In this document: positions 24,250 through 37,056 of the stretch, one piece after another
Numbering within the stretch: the stretch's first letter is position 1
Layout: each line of letters begins with the position of its first letter
Assembly: GCF_001194135.2 (NCBI RefSeq)
Contig: NC_068993.1
Location: 46,035,316 to 46,099,315 of the forward strand
Reading direction: 5' to 3'
DNA length: 64,000 nt
DNA from: Octopus bimaculoides
Taxonomy: Eukaryota
The notes under the pieces: generated by a model
Told to the model about the DNA's origin: nothing
Databases searched by the model: none
The model's input: the letters and a program-made list of their open reading frames with translations, nothing else
Translations under genes and position numbers: made by a program

Positions 24250-24352
24250 TTAAGTCAATTACATCGACACCAGTGCGTAACTGGTGCTTATTTAATCGAC
24301 CCCGAAAGGATGTTAGGCAAAGTCAACCTCGGCGAAATTTGAACACAGAATG
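24250..24352 (-). mobile_element. SINE S1 3' half
   Basis: Reverse complement is GTTCAAATTTCGCCGAGGTTGACTTTGCC...GGGGTCGATTAAATAAG. Confidence 0.85.
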
Positions 24353-24354
24353 AG

Positions 24355-24597
24355 GCCATGATGGTGCACCACCTTTACTGCATCCGGGGATTTTTCCAGT
24401 ATTGCTTCTGGTGAAGTAGCGAGTTGAACGTTGCCGCACTTCTGTGTGTCTCCTGTTGCAATGTGGGTTCTAGTTCTTTTTTGAAGACTTCCATGTGTAC
24501 ACCTTACACAAATTTGATGTTCTGTGGTAGGACATTAAAAAGTTGTGATCCCTTGAATCACAAGCTCTTATATATTGGGTTCGTATCTTCAATGGAA
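24355..24597 (-). mobile_element. CR1/L2-like LINE ORF2 C-terminal fragment
   Basis: Minus strand reads SL*FKGSQLFNVLPQNIKFV*GVHMEVFKK...ATFNSLLHQ, typical of the terminal G..LFN.LP...FK..LD...NSL motif of CR1-group ORF2. Confidence 0.6.
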
Positions 24598-24717
24598 ATC
24601 ACCATGTCACACAAATATGGTTGTGATTCATATGCCTAGTGTACCAATATCAGACGGGTAGTCATGGTGGCTATACTGGGCTTCGTATATTTTACCTCAG
24701 TGTCACTTCGATGTCTC

Positions 24718-24718
<1 letters not shown>
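24597..24718 (+). mobile_element. Family A 3' fragment with (AAT)n tail
   Basis: Reverse complement of 45116-45250; followed by (AAT)n. Confidence 0.8.
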
Positions 24719-24775
<57 letters not shown>

Positions 24776-25738
24776 TTTTCAAATCTTGCCACGGGCAAGT
24801 ACGTGTTGTTGCAATAAAAGGTGTGTTTACGTATTTGGGTAATATATTAAAGTTTTTAAGTTTCCTTGAGATGTTCATTTGTCTGTCCAGTTGGAGAATA
24901 CAGTAAGACTTTTGCAATGAAAAGGATCTTCACATTTTCGAATACTCAGTGAGAGTCAAAAAGAAAAGAAAACAAGTTGTAGATAATAAAGTTGTAAGAT
25001 TTACTAAATATGATCTTTTGTATGACCGCACGGAGAGAAATGGCAGTGTTCTTAGAATAAAAAGGAGGAGGATGTTTCTATTTTCGAATACTCAGCGAGA
25101 GAGGAAAGGATAAGTATTCACACAGTAGTTGTAGATATTAAAGGTTTTTTTTTTTTTTAAGCTGATCGTTTGTAAGTTTCCTAACTTATTTTATTTTGAG
25201 GGAGATTTAAAATATCCTCAGGAAATTGTAGATATTCCGGTCTTTGGGAATAGTAGGGGGAAGAGATGTTCACCATGTTGGATATTTGAATTTCTGAATT
25301 TCTTTTTCTTTTTCTTTTGGAATTTTTCTTTTCTTCTTAAAAGTTTTGTTGTGGTTTACAGTTTTTCTAGTTGTGCGGTGTGTATATATCGGCAGGTGCT
25401 TACTTCCTTAATTTGTTTATCGTGCATTTAATTGAGTTGTTGCAATAAAAAGCATGTTTACATATTCTGTTAGTCAGGGAAGGAGAGAAGACAAAATGTT
25501 CAAACAAAATTGGAGATATTAAACTTTCTAAATTTTTTAAGGTGTTTGTTGGTTTGTCCAAAGCTGTAGATACATAAGTCCCTTAACTTATTTTGAGGTA
25601 AATTAAAAATACTCAGAGAAAATTGTAGATATTCCAGTCTTTTATAAACTTATCTTTTTCAGTTGTCCCGCTGGGTTGTATTAATGTTTCTGTGTCTTCA
25701 GCTGACAGGTCAGGGCAGCGAAGAACACGTCCAGCCGC

Positions 25739-25815
<77 letters not shown>

Positions 25816-25816
25816 G

Positions 25817-25990
25817 TTCAATAGTTTTATTCTTATAACGTGCTTTCACTTCACTACCGAGCGCAGCTCTGTGCGCCTTGGGTATGTGCTGTGGTTTCCT
25901 GTGGTGATCTTATGGTTACTGTATTGAAAGTGTTTTGCGTAGGATGTGTGCAGTGCCCAGTAGTGCAATTTTCTGTATGTTATACATACA
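25817..25990 (-). mobile_element. Family B (Dong-type) 3' end
   Basis: Homologous to 7297-7470; lies between two (TTA)n tracts. Confidence 0.85.
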
Positions 25991-26011
25991 TACATATTAT
26001 TATTATTATTA

Positions 26012-26070
<59 letters not shown>

Positions 26071-26081
26071 GTTGTTGTTAA

Positions 26082-26287
26082 GGCGGCGAACTGGCAATAT
26101 TAGCACACTGGACGCTGGACGAAATGCTTAGCGATATTCCGCCCATCGTTACGTTCTGAGTTCAAATTCCGCCAAGGTCGACATTGTCCTTCATCCTTTT
26201 GTGGTCCATAAATTCAGTACAGGGGTTGATGTAATCGACTTAACTTTCCCCCAAAATTTCAGGTCTTGTGCCTATAGTAGAAAAGAT
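26082..26287 (+). mobile_element. tRNA-derived SINE S1
   Basis: GGCGGCGAACTGGCA head and GAGTTCAAATTCCGCC; flanked by (TTA)n. Confidence 0.85.
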
Positions 26288-26759
26288 TATTATTATTAGT
26301 AGTAGTAGTATTAATATTATTAGTTGCGAAGGAGATTGAATAGAGTAGAAGCAAAATATCGAACGCCAAATTTTTATTGCCAAACATTATAACGGCAAAA
26401 CTTGGATCTTCTAAAAGACATAAACAGCATTAAGAAAATGCATCCGAATGCTTTCTCGCTTTCTCTCTTTCATTCTTATTCCATCTCCCTCTCTCTCCCT
26501 CTCTTTTACACATACACACGTACACATTTGTCGTACTGTGTTTTCACCCTTGTATTATATAAAAAAAGGAGTTTTACTATTCTACCACAATATTATTGAT
26601 TGGTCAATGTGAGCTAATAACGTTGATGGTAGTCTTAAGATAATTAATTTTTTCGTCGCGAAAAACGTATGCAAACGCTACAATAAATAGGCACACTCAC
26701 ACAAACACACACGCATACGTATGCTTGTGTATGTGTGTATATACGTACACATACACACA

Positions 26760-26797
<38 letters not shown>

Positions 26798-29335
26798 CTG
26801 TTACCTACTTCTCATTTTACTTACTTTTTCTTTCGGACGGTCACAGAATAAGAATTCCTGTCTCTACGGGATGAATTGCCGCGAAAAGTAGGAATGGATT
26901 GATGGGAAATACACTCGCTCACAAAAGTAAACACATTCGCACGCACGCTCGCACACAATCACACACACACACACACACACACACAGTCACAGACTGTCTC
27001 TCTCTCTCTCTCTGTCTTTGAGACACTCGCACGCACCTAGTTATGTGTTTGTGTACATTCGCTTCGTAGCACAGTGACTAAAAGCGTTTCACTATAACAA
27101 TGATTCATTTTATTGTTTACAGCAACACAAATGTTACAACTTGTCTGTATATGAGAATATGAAAGCGTGTTTACATCTCAGCGCATGCTTCTGTATGGAA
27201 TGCTTAAACATACACGCACATACATGCACACTCTCGCATGCACAGACGTAAACACACTTCTATTATTAATTTTGGTATCTGTGTATGTGTTGTGATTATT
27301 TGCATATTTGGTTGGTTGGTTGGTTGGCTGGTTGGTTGGATTACTGTTTTTCTCTTATAACTATTGTGCAATAAATGCGGCTGATGTTCAGCTTATTCTT
27401 CCGTATACTGATCTCTGTTGTTATACGCGACCAGTAGATAACTACTGAGAGACGTGTTTTGAGGCTAAATACTTAGAGATACACGGCTTGTTGCTCCTTA
27501 CGCGGAGACCTTCTATGATTCACCTCATGTTAATCAAAGCGCTCCGTTTATGACCTTCATATACTTTTTGTCTTATTTTTACATGGTATACTACTGGAAA
27601 ACTCGTTTACTATGCTGTGCTAGGAAAACATTTATAGAATTGATTTCCTTTTGGCTGATATGAAATTGACAAATTAAGGGACACAGATAAATCTGCAATG
27701 CATAGATTTATGCATGTGATTTGTCAAATGTAATACTCGGAGTATCGCCAGAGTGAAATCGCTTTTCGATGAATAAATCAACACCCCAGTACTGCAGCAT
27801 GTATTGTGTAGTTAATATATTTTGTACATTTGACACAATCTAATGCATAAATATGAATAAATAAATAACATATGGTACATGACGTAATCGAAATAATAAA
27901 ACCCAGAACAGACGTTATATATTCCCGTCATCATTTTTTTTCTTGAGCAGATCGATGTATTGGAGCTATGCTGGGCCCTCAACGCATACATTTATAGTTC
28001 GAAACTACACTCGGCGTAGTAAGGGATACTCTGTTTGATATTTATAGATTGAGACTGAATTATCAAAAAAATATAGTGAACGTACATTCGCATGTATACC
28101 TACCTACACAAGATTTTTGATACGGTTACACCAAAACCAGTGAGCACAGATGACAAAAGCACCAATACTTTTGTCTTAGTATATAAGATTATTTAAGATG
28201 TTTCGACATAAGTGTATGGACGTGTTTGGGTTCTATCATTGGCCATGAAACACGTTGGTTTTTTTCTTCCTCGAGCATGTTCATATGTTAGTCATAAAGG
28301 ATAGTAATAACTTGAGTAAAGTTAGGTTTGTAGAATAGGATGGGACAGAGATGTTAAACGTAATTCGAAAGTTCTGAAGATTAGTATCTGAGACAGATAC
28401 ATGAGAGTACTGAGCGTGCCAACAATTCCATGAGTGCAGTGTAGACACAATAGATATATTCTTCTTAAAGTCAGGTACTTTATGTAGTGATGGCTCAACA
28501 CCTACTGCTATAGTGTTCTCTCAAGTATACAAACAGTGATAAAATATGAATCACACATTAGCACTGAAAAGATCAGCAACGAATGACAGTCATATCACTC
28601 AAGGGTACGTATTGTAATTTCATAAATTGTTCTTGTTGCCTGTGTACCACAAAAAAATATATATATAGACCTTGCCTCATCTCTCTTACTGCCTCATCTC
28701 TCTTGATGGAATAAAACATCAATTATCAGCATACTGGATAAAGAGATGGCTATACTGGCACTCACTAGTACTTAGTTTTTCATTGGAGCAACGAGAAATG
28801 AAGTTCCTTGCTCGGGGAAGGAGCGCACCACGCGGTCCCAAAATGGAACACACTACATTATGATCTTGTGCGCAACACCGTAACCACTAGACCACGTGTC
28901 TTCACGTAGGTCAGTCAATACTAAATAGATGAAAGATTTTCCGGCATCTCGATTGTTAGTATTAAAAGCGCAGTTTTTTCTGTCTTATATAATCCAAAAT
29001 CACCATGAAAAATCAGATAATTTGAGCGGTAGCTTACGTAGCGACCACAAGCATGCCTTTTACTGTCTGTTGTTCTTGAGTATGAACTGTATTATACTCT
29101 CCATGAATTATGCTAACATACATAATGCTGAGAGAGTCCCTGAGGTCGTTTCTTGCACGTTGGTAAACATTTTGTTCTGAGTTTATCAGTTCATAGAAAC
29201 ATTTATACGTTGTTTCAATGAATATCCAACGCAATGTTTCCATGAATAGCGAATATTTTCTCCCGTTGAAACGATATCTAGACAAAGAAGAATAAATTAA
29301 TTCGACTGCAACTTTTCTGTGAACAGGTGCGTGTA

Positions 29336-29447
29336 CGAAAACGTTGCAAAAGTTTTGAGATCAGCAGCTTCCTTCACGTTGCGCCAGCAAATGTCTTAGT
29401 AATTTGAAATCTCATTAAAGGAGTCAAAACTTTCGGAACACCCTTCA
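29336..29447. mobile_element. mariner-derived MITE (about 112 bp)
   Basis: TA|CGAAAACGTTGCAAAAGTTTTGA at the left and TCAAAACTTTCGGAACACCCTTCA|TA at the right form imperfect TIRs with TA on both sides. Confidence 0.55.
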
Positions 29448-29631
29448 TATATATCTAAATATTGCAGCTAGAAAAGTTCGTGAAGGATAATATACATACA
29501 TACATACATGCATACATGCCTATACATAGTTATATACATACATATATTTATTAAATGTGTATATATATATATATATCATAAGGTTTTTAAACTTTTAAAT
29601 TTTCATATTCAAAACAGACAGAGACTTCAAA

Positions 29632-29770
29632 TTCCGTCTACCAAATCCACTCACAAGGCTTTGGTCGGCCCGAGGCTATAGTAGAAGACACTTGCCCAAG
29701 ATGCCACGTAGTGGGACTGAACCCGGGACCGTGTGGTTGGTAAGCAAGCTACTTACCACACAGCCGCATC
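29632..29770 (-). mobile_element. SINE S2 5' portion
   Basis: Near-identical inverted copy of 30293-30432. Confidence 0.85.
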
Positions 29771-30292
29771 CATACATATATATTTATATATATAAAACTA
29801 TTATTATATATATTATTATATATATATATATTATTATATATANNNNNNNNNNNNNNNNNNNNNNNNNNNNNNNNNNNNNNNNNNNNNNNNNNNNNNNNNN
29901 NNNNNNNNNNNNNNNNNNNNNNNNNNNNNNNNNNNNNNNNNNNNNNNNNNNNNNNNNNNNNNNNNNNNNNNNNNNNNNNNNNNNNNNNNNNNNNNNNNNN
30001 NNNNNNNNNNNNNNNNNNNNNNNNNNNNNNNNNNNNNNNNNNNNNNNNNNNNNNNNNNNNNNNNNNNNNNNNNNNNNNNNNNNNNNNNNNNNNNNNNNNN
30101 NNNNNNNNNNNNNNNNNNNNNNNNNNNNNNNNNNNNNNNNNNNNNNNNNNNNNNNNNNNNNNNNNNNNNNNNNNNNNNNNNNNNNNNNNNNNTATATATA
30201 TATATATACATATATATATATGCACACACATCTATATATATTTATATGTATTATAAGTATGTAAAGTTTTATATATATAAATATATATGTAT

Positions 30293-30704
30293 GGATGCGG
30301 CTGTGTGGTAAGTAGCTTGCTTACCAACCACACGGTCCCGGGTCCAGTCCCACTACGTGGCATCTTGGGCAAGTGTCTTCTACTATAGCCTCGGGCCGAC
30401 CAAAGCCTTGTGAGTGGATTTGGTAGACGGAAACTGAAAGAAGCTTGTCGTACATATGTATATATATATATATATATATGTATGTTTGTTTGTGTTTGTA
30501 TGTCTGTGTTTGTCCCCCCAACATCGCTTGACAACCGATGCTGGTGTGTTTATGTCCCCGTAACATAGCGGTTCGGCAAAAGAGACCGATAGAATAAGTA
30601 CTAGGCTTCCAAAGAATAAGTCCTGGGGTCGATTTGCTCGACTAAAGGCGGTGCTCCAGCATGGCCACAGTCAAACGACTGAAACAAGTAAAAGAGTAAA
30701 AGAG
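30293..30704 (+). mobile_element. tRNA-derived SINE S2 (CORE-like), full length
   Basis: GCTGTGTGGTAAG A-box-like, GGTCCAGTCCC B-box-like, CATCTTGGGCAAGTGTCTT CORE-like block, internal (TA)/(TG) tract, and 3' (GTAAAAGA) repeat. Confidence 0.85.
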
Positions 30705-31799
30705 AATATAAATATATATATATATATATATACATATATTTATACACACACACACCACACACATATACTTTCATAAACACATAATGCTTCTATACTTTCC
30801 TAATTGATCGTTCTTTCGATCGAGACAAGATGATAAGCTGGTCGCATATAATATAGCTTGAAATTACATAATCATTGTTTATATTCTAGTTTATAAGTTT
30901 ACCAACGTGCTAAATTCTTTGAAGCGCCCACGTTTTTCAAGACTTTCCGATACCGTATTCTTCTTAAGTTTTACCCAACTTTTAAAAATAAAATCTCTGT
31001 TATTATCCATTTCTTCTTGCATAAGATGATCATTTCGGCCTTTGTATGTACTTGTTGGTTTCTATAAAACTTAGATGACAACAAAACAGAATTTTTTTGT
31101 TAAAATATTTTGGCTATTTGCATTGATTTTCTGTGCTTCTTTACAAAACATTTTCGAAATGTTCAATAGACATATTAAACGAATTTCCAGCTACATCGTC
31201 CATATTCCACCATCCTTTCACTGTATATATAATCTTCCTATGTTTCGGTTGTGTTTTTTTTTTAAATACGATCACTATTGTTCTCGATTTCTTTTTCTGT
31301 CTAGTCAAGTCAATTTAGTTAGCTTCCAATCGAGAATATTATCATTATAACTTATTGTTGTGACAGCTCATCTATTGACACCTATTATTTTATATATATT
31401 GCCTTTAGCTCTCTTCCAAGAATTAATCGAACACATCTACAATATTCATTCCTAACTTTCATTTATGTGTATTGTACTCTATATAGTTCAATGGGTCCTG
31501 TATAAAGTCTATGTCTGCGATTAGTCTACCTCTCTTGTGTCTAATTCTTTATATTTCATAATATTGGTGTTCTTAATTAATCTTCTTCTCTTAACACATT
31601 GTTTTGGCGCATTTTTCTAATTCAAATCTCATGATTATTACATTAGACAGTCCGTCTATTTATCGGTAGCAGCTTTTCAAGTTGTTAATCATCAGGAACG
31701 TACAAATCAAGGCTGACCACTAACAACAGATGTTCATCGATCTCCTTTAGCATTTACAACGGGGTCCGAATTTATTATCCTCATCATCAGAATCATTGC

Positions 31800-32030
<231 letters not shown>

Positions 32031-32400
32031 TCTTATTATTAATCGACAAAAGATCTATAATATTCTCATTAAAACCATCATCGTAATAATCATAATTCCA
32101 TCCCATCCTCAACTACAATACATGAAAAGAAATGTGAGCATATGTTTAGACACACACGCACACTCGCACACTGACATAAATAGATACACACACAAATACA
32201 TGGATATATATTATATATGCATCTATGTATGTGTGTATATATATATATAAATATATATATATAAGTATATATATATATAATGTTTGTGTGTGTGAGAATG
32301 GTGTATATATAAATGTATAAGTATATAGACTTGCTTGTATATATGTGTCAGCGAGTGCGTGCGTTCGTGTGTGTGTGCATGTTTGAGTTAGTGTGCATAC

Positions 32401-32469
<69 letters not shown>

Positions 32470-32782
32470 CGTATATTAAAGAATATATGCGTGTATTAGC
32501 AATAAAACTACGACATATTAGAACCCAGCCGATCTCAAAATTGCTATCTCTATCACTTTTCTATTGATTTATGAGAAACGGTTTACATATGACAAACTCA
32601 TCGACTGATATGCTCTCATATCTATCATCAGCACTTGTGTATTCAGTAGTCAGACTATAACGGCTCACTAAATATACCAGTTTGACTTTCACTGTCATAA
32701 TTCTCAGATTTGAAATAAAGCTTGTTAAGAATCATGCAAAAACCCAATATGCAAGCTAATATTTATATATATATATATATGC

Positions 32783-32838
<56 letters not shown>

Positions 32839-33621
32839 ATATGTATGTATGTATGTATATATGTATGTATATAAATGGTATATTCTGTTAAGAAGGTAGT
32901 AGAGTACAATAGAAGGATCGTCTGCCTTCAGGTTTACCTTCTGCTATCCACTAGTTGTATTATACGTACTTCCAGATTTGCGTTTTGGCATCTGTAGTGT
33001 ATGAACAGGTAATTGAAAAAATTGGAGTCAACTAGAAGGAATACGGTTGGACAATTATTTTTTTTATCATTACAATTGTTTCCACGCAATGTAAATCTGC
33101 AGGTATGCAAGTACTTGACTATACAGCCGTTTCCCTGTATTATGAGTGCGTAGATGGAGCAGGGACGGTGCTTGTGGTACTCTTAAATTGGTTACCATTC
33201 AAAAGGGATTCGCATTAGATTTCTTTGTACTGTTGATTTGTTCTTCATGGTCGGTTACACATGCGTTTGTCCTTATCTGACTTTTAACATTAAACCTTTA
33301 CGTACAGATACCTGTTGGTTCACATATACTTCCATATACGTACTAAAACTCGGACACATACAAACCAACACACGCAGACGCACACACAATCACATCGATC
33401 CATCCATCCATCCATCCATACATACATACATACATACATACATAAATACATAAATACATGCATACATACATACATACATACATAATACATACATACATAA
33501 TACATACATACATACATACATGCATACACACAGTTGAAATTTATAGAAAAACAAAAGACGCAATCAGGTGTATGAACAACAAGCAGATGCATTATTCTGA
33601 AGAGGGGAAAAAATAAAAGCG

Positions 33622-33659
33622 TCTTTCCCGTTTCGAACGTACGCTCTTCAGCGGAAAGG
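33622..33659 (-). ncRNA. Second copy of the minimal hammerhead-like motif, probably inactive
   Basis: Minus strand reads CCTTT-CCGCTGA-A-GAGC-GTAC-GTTC-GAAA-CGGG-AAAGA; the cleavage triplet is mutated to GGG. Confidence 0.45.
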
Positions 33660-34427
33660 AATAATAAAAAATAAACACAGAGAGAAACTTATAGATTTCA
33701 GCGGTCAGCATAGTGAATCCTATATATGTATATATATATANNNNNNNNNNNNNNNNNNNNNNNNNNNNNNNNNNNNNNNNNNNNNNNNNNNNNNNNNNNN
33801 NNNNNNNNNNNNNNNNNNNNNNNNNNNNNNNNNNNNNNNNNNNNNNNNNNNNNNNNNNNNNNNNNNNNNNNNNNNNNNNNNNNNNNNNNNNNNNNNNNNN
33901 NNNNNNNNNNNNNNNNNNNNNNNNNNNNNNNNNNNNNNNNNNNNNNNNNNNNNNNNNNNNNNNNNNNNNNNNNNNNNNNNNNNNNNNNNNNNNNNNNNNN
34001 NNNNNNNNNNNNNNNNNNNNNNNNNNNNNNNNNNNNNNNNNNNNNNNNNNNNNNNNNNNNNNNNNNNNNNNNNNNNNNNNNNNNNNNNNNNNNNNNNNNN
34101 NNNNNNNNNNNNNNNNNNNNNNNNNNNNNNNNNNNNNNNNNNNNNNNNNNNNNNNNNNNNNNNNNNNNNNNNNNNNNNNNNNNNNNNNNNNNNNNNNNNN
34201 NNNNNNNNNNNNNNNNNNNTATATATATAGATAGATAGATAGATAGATATATATAGAATATAGATATATGTATTTGTGTGTCTGTGTTTCTGACTTCCCT
34301 TTGCAAATACCGATAGGGCACAGAAAGTGTGTCAATAGCCAGCTGGAGGAGATGTACTCCTGGGGCTAAGCTACAGAAGCATTTGCGCTTAGGGATTAGC
34401 CGCATTTAAGTGGCAAATATACTTCAC

Positions 34428-34495
<68 letters not shown>

Positions 34496-35193
34496 CAATA
34501 TGTAAGGAAACATTTCATTCCCGGGCAACGGCAGGTGACTTTGCTAGTATTTAAATATTTGTAATTTTCAACATAATTTTTCTTTAATATGATCAAAATA
34601 TAATAAATTACTGGAAAACGTTTAATTATAGTAAAAACAAGTAAAAAATTAATTACATAGGAATTATGTGTAGAAAATGGACATCGAGCAAAACCTAGAC
34701 GTTCTTTGAATCAAGTAGAGAAATATAAAACATAAAATGTTCATAGAATTTCGAATGGACAGTTTGACAATCAGAAATAAAAGACTAAACATAGAGACTG
34801 ACCATAACACCAAGTTTTGGAGATTGGTCCATAACGAAATAAAACACTCTAGATTACAATCACGTACACGCACGCAAACACACACACAGTTGCGCGCAAA
34901 CATACATACACACATAATCAAAAACACACGTAAACGCACAGAGTTGTAGTGCATATGCATAGACACAGGCACTGTCATTCAAGGACACGAACGTAATATA
35001 TTTTCGCACTTTTGTTTAGTCAACATTGGTGATCATTTTAATGGAGAAAATGGTCATCTGAATTTGTATCAATTATATAAACAGAGTCATTGTGTTCGGA
35101 ACAAAAGGACGTTTCCATACACACACTCACACACAACCACAAATACAAACAGACACCCCTACGTTCTCAAACATCCATATGCGTGAGTGCATG

Positions 35194-35256
<63 letters not shown>

Positions 35257-36261
35257 NNNNNNNNNNNNNNNNNNNNNNNNNNNNNNNNNNNNNNNNNNNN
35301 NNNNNNNNNNNNNNNNNNNNNNNNNNNNNNNNNNNNNNNNNNNNNNNNNNNNNNNNNNNNNNNNNNNNNNNNNNNNNNNNNNNNNNNNNNNNNNNNNNNN
35401 NNNNNNNNNNNNNNNNNNNNNNNNNNNNNNNNNNNNNNNNNNNNNNNNNNNNNNNNNNNNNNNNNNNNNNNNNNNNNNNNNNNNNNNNNNNNNNNNNNNN
35501 NNNNNNNNNNNNNNNNNNNNNNNNNNNNNNNNNNNNNNNNNNNNNNNNNNNNNNNNNNNNNNNNNNNNNNNNNNNNNNNNNNNNNNNNNNNNNNNNNNNN
35601 NNNNNNNNNNNNNNNNNNNNNNNNNNNNNNNNNNNNNNNNNNNNNNNNNNNNNNNNNNNNNNNNNNNNNNNNNNNNNNNNNNNNNNNNNNNNNNNNNNNN
35701 NNNNNNNNNNNNNNNNNNNNNNNNNNNNNNNNNNNNNNNNNNNNNNNNNTGTGTGTGTGTGTGTGTGTGTGCGTGTGTGTGTATATATATATATATATAC
35801 ATACATATATATATACATACACACATATGAAAAAGAAATGTATATGTGTGTGTCTGCGTGCGTGTGCGTGCGTGTATGTCTTTGTGAATATCCAACCCTA
35901 CATATGTCTATTAATGTATGCGTGCATTGTTGTTATCTAATTTATTTGACAACTAACAAAGAAAATAATTGACAAAAGGAAACAAAAGTAAAATGAAAGT
36001 CTTGAAATGCAAGATGGATGAACATACATAATAGGAAGCTTAGCGACATAAAATTTAATTTAACAAACTCTTCCGTTGTGTGTAAACGAAACATACAGTA
36101 CTTCAAACGACACCAAGCTGAGACAGTCTATTATGATTAATTTCTTCACGAGTTAGGCAGGCATATTGTATACAAAGATTTAATGGTGGGTTATATATGT
36201 ATATATATATATAGATACACATATATATCATAAATATGTATATACCAGAAGTACATCCATG

Positions 36262-36293
<32 letters not shown>

Positions 36294-36589
36294 NNNNNNN
36301 NNNNNNNNNNNNNNNNNNNNNNNNNNNNNNNNNNNNNNNNNNNNNNNNNNNNNNNNNNNNNNNNNNNNNNNNNNNNNNNNNNNNNNNNNNNNNNNNNNNN
36401 NNNNNNNNNNNNNNNNNNNNNNNNNNNNNNNNNNNNNNNNNNNNNNNNNNNNNNNNNNNNNNNNNNNNNNNNNNNNNNNNNNNNNNNNNNNNNNNNNNNN
36501 NNNNNNNNNNNNNNNNNNNNNNNNNNNNNNNNNNNNNNNNNNNNNNNNNNNNNNNNNNNNNNNNNNNNNNNNNNNNNNNNNNNNNNNNN

Positions 36590-36629
<40 letters not shown>

Positions 36630-37025
36630 TAGAACGTACATAAATCCATTCATATAAAATTCGTTTGTTTATTATGGTGACGTATATGTTAGGAATTTTG
36701 TGTATTATATGAGTTCAGAAGATGTAGCTATCACAACAGAACATCATACACTCAGTGTTTTGTATTTATTTGCTACCTCGTCGTCCTACACTATCGTCTT
36801 TCTTCTTCTTTCAATCTAAATTTAATGTCTTTGCCTCTATTTTCATTCTTTGCGTCTTTATATAACATCAACAACGATACTAATAATAATATTATTAATG
36901 TATGTGTGTGTGTTTGTGTTGTGTGTATTTGTGTTGGAGTGTAGCTGTATGGATATCTACGTATAAGTATACGTGTATGTATACATATATAAGTATGTGT
37001 GTGCGTGAATGTGTGTGTATCTGTG

Positions 37026-37056
<31 letters not shown>

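Noticed and set aside
25690-25740. HDV-like ribozyme at a putative element 5' end (also tried on the family A 5' end, 8400-8453)
   Set aside because: I could not build the P1/P2/P3/P1.1 nested pseudoknot by eye.
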